IMG/VR virus record: IMGVR_UViG_3300021197_001105
Span: 1-52,210 of that record
Reading direction: 5' to 3' (one strand)
Origin: a virus
Lineage: Duplodnaviria > Caudoviricetes
DNA length: 52,210 nt
Below are positions 37,348 through 45,564 of the stretch, in pieces. The notes under the pieces were generated by a model. That model did no database searches. It saw only the letters and a list, made by a program, of their open reading frames with translations, and had not been told where the DNA came from. Every line of letters starts with the position of its first letter. The stretch's first letter is position 1. The translations under genes were made by a program, and so were the position numbers.

Positions 37348-37554
37348 TCAACCCATTATGTTGTGCAGAACAACGTCAGTAAGAACAGAAAAACCAAAGG
37401 CGAGTAGACTGACAACTACCCATACCCTGCCTCTATTGAATTCCATTTCTCTGTGGACGTGACGAACTTCAGACTCGATCTTGTCGAGCTTCTTGTTCAT
37501 CCGTTCCATCTCAGCAAGAACATGGATCTTGTATTCTTCCCAACCAGTAGGCAT
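37348..37554 (-). CDS. Small coiled-coil protein with a C-terminal TM helix (XhlA / holin-like architecture)
   Basis: Heptad coil followed by VWVVVSLLAFGFSVL. Confidence 0.6.
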   Translation of the reverse strand: MPTGWEEYKIHVLAEMERMNKKLDKIESEVRHVHREMEFNRGRVWVVVSLLAFGFSVLTDVVLHNIMG

Positions 37555-37562
37555 GACTAGCC

Positions 37563-37673
37563 CTAGTACTTCTTAGCTTTCATCTTCGGCTTCATCTTCT
37601 TCATTGCAGCTTTCTTAGGTGCTGGCTTCTTCTTAACATTCTTCTTAGCCATTGGCTTCTTACCGTAGTTCAT
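37563..37673 (-). CDS. 36-aa Lys/Ala/Pro-rich peptide (not in the ORF track)
   Basis: MNYGKKPMAKKNVKKKPAPKKAAMKKMKPKMKAKKY; ATGA-coupled, SD AGGAG. Confidence 0.7.
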   Translation of the reverse strand: MNYGKKPMAKKNVKKKPAPKKAAMKKMKPKMKAKKY

Positions 37674-38344
37674 TTGGAACTCCTAGGTCTTCTCATGTTG
37701 GAGGGTTTAGTTGAATGGGATCTCATTGGTGTAAGTATTCTTTTTCTTGAATACGTTATGTCCAACTTAGGACGATCTGATTCTGATCCTGCACTTGAGG
37801 ACCAGAAATTTACATAGCGATACGGGCTGCCTGATTCCATTTTAACTAGGAATCTATACTTAAACGCTCGGTTCTTAATAGCATCGTGCACTTGATACAG
37901 CAGGTTCCCCGCTGTTGGAGTGGTTGATGTTATTACTAGGTTAGAGTCACCGGTGTATGTAGTTGTTACTGTGCCTGGGGCTACCAAAACATCACCACCT
38001 GCTGTAGTCCAAGATTCGGATGACCCATCTCTATACACCCAAGTAGCGGACTCCGAGAAAGATCCGTTAAGGACTTGGATGCTCACATCTTTTGTGTGGG
38101 CCGATGTAAAGTTCTGATCACTCTTATGGTTAAGGGTAAGAGTCACACTTGAAATTTCTCTTGCTCTCAAAGTCTTAGCCAAGACAGTAGTAAGATCAAA
38201 CTCGACGAGGGCTCTTGCTTCTTTGGGGGAGCTAGTCCAACCCACACGCATACCTTCGCCAGTAGATCTATCGTTAGTGCTGCCATCCAAGACGAAGGTG
38301 TCTATGCCTTTTGTTTCAGCAGGTTGTAAAGTTACTGTTGGCAT
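37670..38344 (-). CDS. DNRLRE-domain (CBM96-like) protein
   Basis: VTLQP..DTFV, RALVEFDL, ESATW, WTTAGGD and FWSS....RPKL.I.Y. Confidence 0.75.
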   Translation of the reverse strand: MPTVTLQPAETKGIDTFVLDGSTNDRSTGEGMRVGWTSSPKEARALVEFDLTTVLAKTLRAREISSVTLTLNHKSDQNFTSAHTKDVSIQVLNGSFSESATWVYRDGSSESWTTAGGDVLVAPGTVTTTYTGDSNLVITSTTPTAGNLLYQVHDAIKNRAFKYRFLVKMESGSPYRYVNFWSSSAGSESDRPKLDITYSRKRILTPMRSHSTKPSNMRRPRSSK

Positions 38345-38347
38345 GTG

Positions 38348-38968
38348 TCACCCAACGAATCTTCCAACAATCATAGCCGCATCAAGTTGAGTACCGGCAG
38401 CTGCTGTCTTAACTAGAACTATTACTTCAGTGCAACCAGCAAGATATACAGGAACACGTCGGGACATTGCCCAGCTATCTCCTGACACCACTGCTCCAGT
38501 AGCTGGGAACTGAACGTAGTCTCCCGTATCAGTTTCATCGTCTACAGTACCGACAGTGTAAGCAGCATCTGTGTTTGTCAATGGAATCCAGAAGCCTGGG
38601 TTCACTGCGTCAGCAGCAAGGTCTTTGAATTGAGAGCTTGCAATGTCTTGGGGCCACAGTTTTCCTTGTCCGTTGTCTGGGACTTTGCCATAGACATATA
38701 CTTCTGGTGCCGTACTAAGACTTGTTGCTATGCCAGTAGTATCAACGGCTTCCCAACAAACGTACATCTCAAGCTGGAGTCCCATGCTTGGAACAATAGC
38801 GGGACGTACGTCAGTTCCGTTGTCCGCATAAGGATTGTCTGGGTCAGCGTCAACCGCTGCAGCATTCTCATTAAGTACGAACATCTTACCACCGATGGAT
38901 GATGCTCCAGTACCAACAGCTGGGTTACCAGCTTTGAAACCTAGGTTAGTCTTAGCTCCGAGTGCCAT
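38348..38968 (-). CDS. Beta-rich hypothetical protein, possibly structural
   Basis: SD GGAG; A/T/V/G-rich composition. Confidence 0.65.
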   Translation of the reverse strand: MALGAKTNLGFKAGNPAVGTGASSIGGKMFVLNENAAAVDADPDNPYADNGTDVRPAIVPSMGLQLEMYVCWEAVDTTGIATSLSTAPEVYVYGKVPDNGQGKLWPQDIASSQFKDLAADAVNPGFWIPLTNTDAAYTVGTVDDETDTGDYVQFPATGAVVSGDSWAMSRRVPVYLAGCTEVIVLVKTAAAGTQLDAAMIVGRFVG

Positions 38969-39470
38969 GAATAGCTCCGTTAATCAAAAGTCTTGCTGCC
39001 CACTCACCTGTTGCACGTCGTTGTGAGCTTGATGCGGTAGGTAACAGAAGAAGTTTTATCTCGTATTCGGTCAGCAGTCTCATCAGTGCGTCGACTGCTG
39101 CTCCGGGTTCGGGTACGTGTTGCGACTTTCTGAGAGTCTCAAGTGGTGTGCCTTCGAGTAGGAGGATGGGCTCTGAGCAGGCATCCTTCATTCGCTGGAG
39201 GCACTTGATGAATCTCGTTCTGTCATTCCTGTTTAAACAATTTGTAGCTACCTCACGAAGGGAGCCTTTACGCTCAATCATCGTAACGGTCTCGTACCCC
39301 CGTAGCAAGTAATCACCGGTCTCAAGTTTCTCCTTCTTTGTGTGTACCCGTATCAGGTTTGTTTTGACCTGATAGGGAGGGGCAGAAGAACTGAGAACCC
39401 TGAGATTAGCGGGGAAAATCAGGGGTTTCTTTTCTCGGGTGTCGACGATGAGGGTGTAGTCGCGGTCCAT
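38952..39470 (-). CDS. ERCC4/XPF-type structure-specific nuclease
   Basis: IVDTREK, LETGDY and IERKGS signature. Confidence 0.88.
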   Translation of the reverse strand: MDRDYTLIVDTREKKPLIFPANLRVLSSSAPPYQVKTNLIRVHTKKEKLETGDYLLRGYETVTMIERKGSLREVATNCLNRNDRTRFIKCLQRMKDACSEPILLLEGTPLETLRKSQHVPEPGAAVDALMRLLTEYEIKLLLLPTASSSQRRATGEWAARLLINGAIHGTRS

Positions 39471-39763
39471 GAGGACTTGATTCTCTCTGTAAGTATGTCA
39501 ATTGCCACCGGTGCCATGTTGTACATCTCCCCAACTTCCTGTCTGGAGAACCCTGCAGCTAGTGCTTCTAGGATTCTTCGCTCCACCTTACCGTTAGGTT
39601 TTATGGGTGGGTTGTATGGGAGTTTCTCTCTGGTGGCAAAGTCATAGACTCTCTTACGAGACAGACCTACTTGCTTGGCTACTTTGGATACAGGTACACC
39701 ACCCATCAAGAGAGATCTTACTTTCTCTTGACGACTAGTAACGATTGGATCTTTTGGATTCAT
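39419..39763 (-). CDS. HTH DNA-binding protein (two HTH-like units)
   Basis: GVPVSKVAKQVGLSRKRVY and GFSRQEVGEMYNM. Confidence 0.75.
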   Translation of the reverse strand: MNPKDPIVTSRQEKVRSLLMGGVPVSKVAKQVGLSRKRVYDFATREKLPYNPPIKPNGKVERRILEALAAGFSRQEVGEMYNMAPVAIDILTERIKSSWTATTPSSSTPEKRNP

Positions 39764-39769
39764 ACCTAC

Positions 39770-39798
39770 ACCCTATACAAAGATAGAGTGTTGGTCAA
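39770..39798 (-). promoter_or_regulatory. Sigma70-like promoter, probably giving a leaderless HTH-gene mRNA
   Basis: TTGACC-17 nt-TAGGGT, with the ATG beginning 7 nt downstream and no SD. Confidence 0.55.
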
Positions 39799-41090
39799 GA
39801 GAGACCGTAAGCTAACTGTTCGAGAGCTTCCTGCATTGATGCTCTGTCAGCAGCGGGCAGGCGGAACACATCGTCGAGGTTTGCTATCGACCTGGGGTCG
39901 GCAAGGTTAATGGTAGGTATGTCAAGATCTCTTGCTGCCTTGAGTGCGTAAGATATATCATCCCCCGCTTGTGAGAATGTGGTCAGGAAGTCGACGGGGT
40001 CGGGATCGAGTACGTCTTGGCCTAACAGTTTCTTCAGGTCGGCTACGTTTCTTGCTTCAGGCAATCGATCTTGAATGGTTCCTCTAAATCTACTACCTAA
40101 AAGAGCAGAAGGATTTTCATTGGCTAACCTGAGCACAGCTTCGGTTGGGTTTCCTGTAACCGCTTGACTAAAACGAGGACTTTGCTTTGCAAGTTTCTTA
40201 CCGAACACACCACGAACTAGAGCTGCTGCAATTGGATCGCCTTCCAAGGCAGAAACTGGTATCAGTTCAACTGGTCCTCCTCTTGTGGGAGAGGAGCTAG
40301 GAGGAAACACATCGCTTGCTCTCTGTCCCCCAGGTAAACTAAGCCCTTCAGTTTCTTTCATTCCAAGCAAAGGGTCAGTGTTTTGACTCCTCTTTAATCT
40401 CGCTAAAGATTTTTTTGTTTGGGGAGCCTTGATAACTTTACTTGGCCTCTTCGTAACAGGAGTTAGCTGACCCAGGAACCCTCCTGTGTTTGCCCATTCA
40501 GAACCCGAAGGAGTTGGTCCTATTCTTTTAGCCGTCTTAACAGTCATCATACGTTGTGCAGCTGTAAGACTACCTGCTTCTTGCAGGACCTCAAACTTCT
40601 GCTCTTCAGTCAGGTTCTTGTATAGACCTGCCTCAGGTTTGTATTCGTACTCGACACCTTGTGTGGAAGGAGATTGGAATCCTTCCTGTCTTCTGTTTGT
40701 CTTGGGTATCAATCTTCTTTGGACGTTTAGACTCTCACCTCCTGCTACTCTTTGGATGTAAGGAGCCAAGTCATCCGTGTCGAGTGTTCGGAGTGCAGCT
40801 TCAGGTATGTCGATGCCTGCTGCTGCTCTCTCTGCTGGAGTCATCTTCTTGATGATGTCGAGTTTATCTTTAACACTTCTTGCACCGGAGAGGGCTGCGG
40901 CTTCTACTCCCTGTCTGCTTCCGGTTCTTATGGTGTAGCCCTTGGCTCCCATGCCCATCCCGAACCGCTCGAATGCACGGAACACATCAGGATTGACAGC
41001 ACTTCTACCCCCAATAACTGCCGAGGTTAGGTTTCCCCTAACGACAGGAGTGCGGGAGAGAAGCTTGATGAGAGACAGGGCAGGTAGCAT
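39795..41090 (-). CDS. Hypothetical protein with a split, degenerate SLOG/DprA-like domain
   Basis: GYTIRTGSRQGVEAAALSGA near the N-terminus and LLGQDV..PVDFL...ALKAARDLDIPTINL near the C-terminus. Confidence 0.55.
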   Translation of the reverse strand: MLPALSLIKLLSRTPVVRGNLTSAVIGGRSAVNPDVFRAFERFGMGMGAKGYTIRTGSRQGVEAAALSGARSVKDKLDIIKKMTPAERAAAGIDIPEAALRTLDTDDLAPYIQRVAGGESLNVQRRLIPKTNRRQEGFQSPSTQGVEYEYKPEAGLYKNLTEEQKFEVLQEAGSLTAAQRMMTVKTAKRIGPTPSGSEWANTGGFLGQLTPVTKRPSKVIKAPQTKKSLARLKRSQNTDPLLGMKETEGLSLPGGQRASDVFPPSSSPTRGGPVELIPVSALEGDPIAAALVRGVFGKKLAKQSPRFSQAVTGNPTEAVLRLANENPSALLGSRFRGTIQDRLPEARNVADLKKLLGQDVLDPDPVDFLTTFSQAGDDISYALKAARDLDIPTINLADPRSIANLDDVFRLPAADRASMQEALEQLAYGLS

Positions 41091-43207
41091 TAGATCAGTT
41101 CGCAGTCGTACTCGAGGGGTACTTGTCGTCCGTAAAAATCTTGGAGCAGGCTCCAGTAGTCCTCTGATTCTACCTTCTTGACAGCCATGTCCACCACTTC
41201 TTTTACATTGTCTACTGCAGAGGGGTGACAGTCAATGTATACGGCGTCATAGATGTTAAGCATCATGTAGGACAGGGGCTTGCGAGCATTGATACTGCCC
41301 ATGCCTTGGCCCACGTAGTGCTGGATGCGGAGCAGGGTGTTGCCAGCTGTGGTTTGGATGGGGAAGTTCACGATCTCATTGACATCCCACTTGTCACCAC
41401 CCATGAAGTAACGGGACTGGCCGGTGAAGGGGAGAGAGATGAACCCAAACTCCCGGGCTTCCTCTATGCGTTCCTCCTGCCACGCCCATAGACCGGGGCG
41501 GTGGATGGGACGGGAGCTGGCTACGGTCTTGAAGAACTCGATCGGGTGCAGCTGTCCGGTCATGGCCAGGAGTTGCTGCTGCATTGTGTTGGAGCCGGAG
41601 CGGAAGAGGTCAGCGAAGTTGATCATCTTCCCCGCTTGTCTTAGGCTTCGGAAGTCAGGTCGATCCTCAATGTCAGAGCCGAAGATTTGTATAGCTCTTT
41701 GTTTATGAAGGTCATCTCCACCAAGATACGCTCGTAAGAGTGCTGTATCTCCTGAGAGGAGAGCCGCGACTCTAAGCTCAACCTGTGAGAGATCGAAGCC
41801 CAGTATGGAACCGTTACGGAAACGGGATCGGATGCAGGCTTTGATTGGGGAGGGGAAGGTTTGTGCACTTGGCTTCTTGCAGGTGATTCGTCCTTGCAGT
41901 GTTCCACCTGCTGATCCGTTGCTGTCTTTGGTGAACGTTGGTACGCAGTACCAGGTGGGGTATGCGAAGTGTGTTCCTTTGTCAGGGATGAGGATTGAAG
42001 ACTTGTCATTGGGACGATTCCTCCTGTGCCGCAGCAGCGGATAGCAATAGGACGACTGAAGTTTTTGTGCAGCAGCATGTGTCTTGGAAAGCTTGAACAC
42101 TTTCTTTAGGACATGCGTGTCGTCCAGCATATCAGACAAGAGATTCCGATTCTCCTCTGAGAATGAAATTTCCTGCTGCTTAGGAGTGATGGTTAGTAGA
42201 GGGTTATCCCGAACAGAACTCTTTGAAGAGCAAGAGTGCGTAGAACAGGAGGGTTCCAATGATGACTCCGTTGAGTATCCTTGTGAGTCCTGCAATTGCT
42301 GCATCAGAGTCTTTACTTGAGAAGCCGTGGTGCATGAGTGCTGTCCATCTATTACGTCGCAAGCGAGGTTCATGAACTGAACCTTTGCTTTTCCAGAACC
42401 GGGACCCTCTAAGGGAAGGCCATACTTCTGGGTACTTACCCTGTTGGCACGTGTAGTATTTCTTTGAAGTTTCTGCTCGAAAATCTGAAGCCGTTTTCTG
42501 TCCATAGGTATCCCGGCTTCTGACATGCGTATGCACGTCCAGATTGTATCCGAATAGAACTGAAGACACCAGTTACTTAGCTTGTCTGTGTTAGAAAAAT
42601 CTCTGTTGATGCGGTGTGCAAGTTCAGAGATAGCAAGGGTGGTGTTGTGGGTGTCTTCCGCATTGTACTTGTGCAGATCTGGGTGGTCTGGGTGTGCGAA
42701 CTTGGAATGCTTGAGGGTTGTTTCATATGAGTGAGTACGGAGAACGGGACCAAGACTCTTGAGACTCTTCTCCGGTCTCGTCTCGTCGTGAAGATAGTTC
42801 AACACGGACAAGTCTACCAATGACTGGCTCTCTAAACTGAAACGAAAGTACGGATCCGCACGCAGATACTGTATGTCGAAGGCAAGGTTCATACCCAGGA
42901 TCGTAGTTGAGTGAGATAACCATCGGCGCAATCTCTCCTTCTCTTCCGGGCGGTTCAACCTGAAGACCATTGTCTGGGTTGGTTTCATATCCATCAAACC
43001 ACGGGAACAATTGTTGAACTCTGGACATAGCGGTTCCTCCACTAGGGTGATGGCAGCAGTCAGGTTCAACGCACCTGGTGCTACTTTGTCTGTGTGTATC
43101 GAGCGTCGTGGGTTGAAGACTGTTTGATCTGGTAGTGGGTTGTTATCCCAGTCAGTTCTGCAAGCACCGTACGTCTCGATGTCTAGGCTAATCGTTGTCG
43201 TGTCCAT
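41090..43207 (-). CDS. Family A DNA polymerase with 3'-5' exonuclease
   Basis: ExoI LDIETY, ExoII NLAFD, ExoIII YNAED, TLQGRIT, motif A DLSQVELR, motif B RQAGKMINF, NFPIQ, motif C IYDA. Start MDTTT after SD GGAGG. Confidence 0.92.
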   Translation of the reverse strand: MDTTTISLDIETYGACRTDWDNNPLPDQTVFNPRRSIHTDKVAPGALNLTAAITLVEEPLCPEFNNCSRGLMDMKPTQTMVFRLNRPEEKERLRRWLSHSTTILGMNLAFDIQYLRADPYFRFSLESQSLVDLSVLNYLHDETRPEKSLKSLGPVLRTHSYETTLKHSKFAHPDHPDLHKYNAEDTHNTTLAISELAHRINRDFSNTDKLSNWCLQFYSDTIWTCIRMSEAGIPMDRKRLQIFEQKLQRNTTRANRVSTQKYGLPLEGPGSGKAKVQFMNLACDVIDGQHSCTTASQVKTLMQQLQDSQGYSTESSLEPSCSTHSCSSKSSVRDNPLLTITPKQQEISFSEENRNLLSDMLDDTHVLKKVFKLSKTHAAAQKLQSSYCYPLLRHRRNRPNDKSSILIPDKGTHFAYPTWYCVPTFTKDSNGSAGGTLQGRITCKKPSAQTFPSPIKACIRSRFRNGSILGFDLSQVELRVAALLSGDTALLRAYLGGDDLHKQRAIQIFGSDIEDRPDFRSLRQAGKMINFADLFRSGSNTMQQQLLAMTGQLHPIEFFKTVASSRPIHRPGLWAWQEERIEEAREFGFISLPFTGQSRYFMGGDKWDVNEIVNFPIQTTAGNTLLRIQHYVGQGMGSINARKPLSYMMLNIYDAVYIDCHPSAVDNVKEVVDMAVKKVESEDYWSLLQDFYGRQVPLEYDCELI

Positions 43208-43391
43208 CCTTAACCTCCAGCTTCCTGTCTTCGGGACACAACCAGTGTGCTGTGTAAAAAGAATCGTCCAAGTTAACTGCACGAATCACAGCATTCCTGT
43301 CATCACCAAGAGCGACAACCAATCTTGTGTTGGAGCACGCACGTGACAGTGCGTCGTTGCATTGATGGATAAGGTTCTGTGTGTGCGTCAT
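43188..43391 (-). CDS. Small hypothetical protein
   Basis: ATGA-coupled to UDG; fills the UDG-polymerase gap. Confidence 0.55.
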   Translation of the reverse strand: MTHTQNLIHQCNDALSRACSNTRLVVALGDDRNAVIRAVNLDDSFYTAHWLCPEDRKLEVKDGHDND

Positions 43392-44128
43392 GATAAACAC
43401 CTCGGTGATCTGTTGGGGACGATAAGTGGTAGAGAGGGAGATGCCATTACTCCGTCCAAGCAGTCGGATACTAACTGCATGTGAGCAGACACGGCATTGA
43501 TGTAGTTGTTGTTGCGTAGAACTGCAGCTGGGTGGTAGGTTGAGAAGATGTACGACACCCTGCTTGGTTCTCCTGGTGATACATTGTCGTTGATCTTGCA
43601 GCTACCGTTGTAGTTGAATGACTCGGTAAGGGAAGGGCTTACTCTCTTGCGAGTTACCCAGCCTTTATAATCGTATGCTCCACCGCTTACGAAGTGACGG
43701 TAGAAACCAGAGGTTGCTGGTGCACCCAGTGTGACGTAGATAACCTTGTTGAATCCCATGCCTCCGATTGCCCATAGATCTTTTTGTGTGTAATGGTGAC
43801 AGGCTGCGGTGTGTCTGTTTTTGGGTGTCTCGTTGTTGACGGTGTGGCATCGGACGATGTTGGTCAGGAAGATGGTGGCTTTCTCTTGGAGATTGCAGCC
43901 ACCGATGTAGGCTTGCTTGACCAGCTCGCCAGACTTACCAACGAATGGTTTGTTCTGCTGATCTTCATGCCAGCCTGGGTTCTGTCCGATGAACACGATG
44001 GCTGTGTTACCTGAGTCTAGTGACTCGGGGTATCTGACTGTTGGCACACAGACAGACTTGATGTGCTCGTGCAACTCACACTCAGTGCACGAGGGATTGG
44101 ATGCAAGGCGAAGCGGTAACGTAGTCAT
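43388..44128 (-). CDS. udg: Uracil-DNA glycosylase family 4 (Fe-S type)
   Basis: CTECELH, GQNPGWHED..PFVG, TNIVRC, LGAPA and YHPAAVLRN. Confidence 0.9.
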   Translation of the reverse strand: MTTLPLRLASNPSCTECELHEHIKSVCVPTVRYPESLDSGNTAIVFIGQNPGWHEDQQNKPFVGKSGELVKQAYIGGCNLQEKATIFLTNIVRCHTVNNETPKNRHTAACHHYTQKDLWAIGGMGFNKVIYVTLGAPATSGFYRHFVSGGAYDYKGWVTRKRVSPSLTESFNYNGSCKINDNVSPGEPSRVSYIFSTYHPAAVLRNNNYINAVSAHMQLVSDCLDGVMASPSLPLIVPNRSPRCLS

Positions 44129-44171
44129 AGGTCCTCCTTCCTACGTATGTCAATTGGGATTTAGCGGGGAA

Positions 44172-44600
44172 TCAGATCTCGAAGTCTACACCAGAGAGGT
44201 GACGGTGCATACGTGCTTGACGTATGTAAGCATCGAACTTTTCCTTGGACCACACAGGTGTGGACACCTTGAGTCCTATGTGAGGCTTGAGATCCTGGGG
44301 TCTGAACCGGATAGGAACATCTCCCTCTGATGTTGTGGTTGCAAGAGTTGTCTTGCCTGCATCAAAGAGAGCATCGAGTCTATAGATCCACTCGAGTATA
44401 TTTCCTTGCGAGAGATGTGACAGTCTGACTAACTCAGAAGCAGCGATGACTCCAAGAGTTATCGGCTTCATTCGTATGTAAATTCCACCATCAGTTTTCT
44501 CCCATCCATCTTCAAGATGTATACTGGGGTCGTCAGCTGGTAGGTATTCCCAACAAGCTGTGTCTGATTCAGGAATTCCACTGAGGTCGTACTCAATCAT
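44172..44600 (-). CDS. Hypothetical protein
   Basis: SD GGAG before MIEYD at 44600. Confidence 0.65.
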   Translation of the reverse strand: MIEYDLSGIPESDTACWEYLPADDPSIHLEDGWEKTDGGIYIRMKPITLGVIAASELVRLSHLSQGNILEWIYRLDALFDAGKTTLATTTSEGDVPIRFRPQDLKPHIGLKVSTPVWSKEKFDAYIRQARMHRHLSGVDFEI

Positions 44601-44621
44601 GACTGTCTCCGGTACAACATC

Positions 44622-44650
44622 AGGGTAACAAGACAAGGTTATTGAAACAA
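44622..44650 (-). promoter_or_regulatory. Candidate sigma70 promoter for the UDG/polymerase operon
   Basis: TTGTTT-17 nt-TACCCT with a TG extension, in a 49-bp divergent gap. Confidence 0.4.
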
Positions 44651-44889
44651 TGAACAAAGAAACACAAGAAGCTTATGACAATCTTTATCAGCAGTTCCTT
44701 CCTATCCAGCATAAGTATTTGCACATGAAGAAAAAGTTGGAGATCCTTAAGAATTCAGAGTCAAAGGGTCTTGGAGATACGGTTGAAAAGGTAATCAAGA
44801 AGGTTACCGGGGGTAAGGTTAAGACTTGTGGCAAGTGTAAAAAGAGAAGGGATGTTTTGAACAAAGCATTCCCTTACAATAAAAAATGA
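44650..44889 (+). CDS. Small phage protein (GLGDT...CxxC..R...LN type)
   Basis: SKGLGDTVEKVI...TCGKCKKRRDVLNKAFPY motif, recurrent in aquatic phages. Confidence 0.75.
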   Translation: MNKETQEAYDNLYQQFLPIQHKYLHMKKKLEILKNSESKGLGDTVEKVIKKVTGGKVKTCGKCKKRRDVLNKAFPYNKK

Positions 44890-44943
44890 CCTGGATCCCC
44901 TACGAGAGGACCCAAGCCATGGAGCAAAGAGATCCGTTAAGAC

Positions 44944-45564
44944 CTATTCCAATCCCCTAAGCAACTGCTTGCCTGCACTGGATTGGTTGAGTGTGTATCG
45001 AGCGATGTCGGCACGTGCCTTGCGTTCGATGGTTGGGATGTCACGTAGCTTGGAAGTGTAGTCGAGTGACTTGCGTCGTGCCTCGCTGCGTTCTTCCTTG
45101 GTCTTATCAATAGCATTGAGGATGCTGTTGACTTCACCCATCTTGACGCCACGGTATACATGTTCCTGCGTAAACTCGAGGTTGTCCATGTAAGAGCTAC
45201 GACTATTTACAGTGAAGTTACAGGCGAACAAGACAACTGTCTCGTCGGTGGAACGAACTGTTTCGCTGTAATTATGGCTGAGTTTGTAGCTGGTGTTGTG
45301 CTTGCCCATTGCAGCAAGACAAGTCTTGAGTGCTTCTGCTTTAGAGAAAAAGAAACCACGACACTCCTCGTCGAGGAGCTTCTTGAGTTGCTTCTCGAAT
45401 TTGTCGATGGACTTACTGTGTGACTCTTCCAATCGATTGGCTGAGTCACGCAGCATCTTGAGTTCGTCTTCTTGTTTGCTGACGTAGATAGCAAGGACAT
45501 CTTCCTTGTCTACGTCGACACCCAAGGAGATGGAGGTAGCTAGTTGGTTGGTGAGGTCTGACAT
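44944..45564 (-). CDS. Hypothetical coiled-coil protein
   Basis: 206-aa ORF in the early/middle arm. Confidence 0.7.
   Translation of the reverse strand: MSDLTNQLATSISLGVDVDKEDVLAIYVSKQEDELKMLRDSANRLEESHSKSIDKFEKQLKKLLDEECRGFFFSKAEALKTCLAAMGKHNTSYKLSHNYSETVRSTDETVVLFACNFTVNSRSSYMDNLEFTQEHVYRGVKMGEVNSILNAIDKTKEERSEARRKSLDYTSKLRDIPTIERKARADIARYTLNQSSAGKQLLRGLE

Noticed and set aside
42204-42335. Intein or group I intron in the polymerase
   Set aside because: Too short, with no intein C-terminal HN-C/S/T signature and no recognisable group I core. Retained as an embedded-ORF finding.
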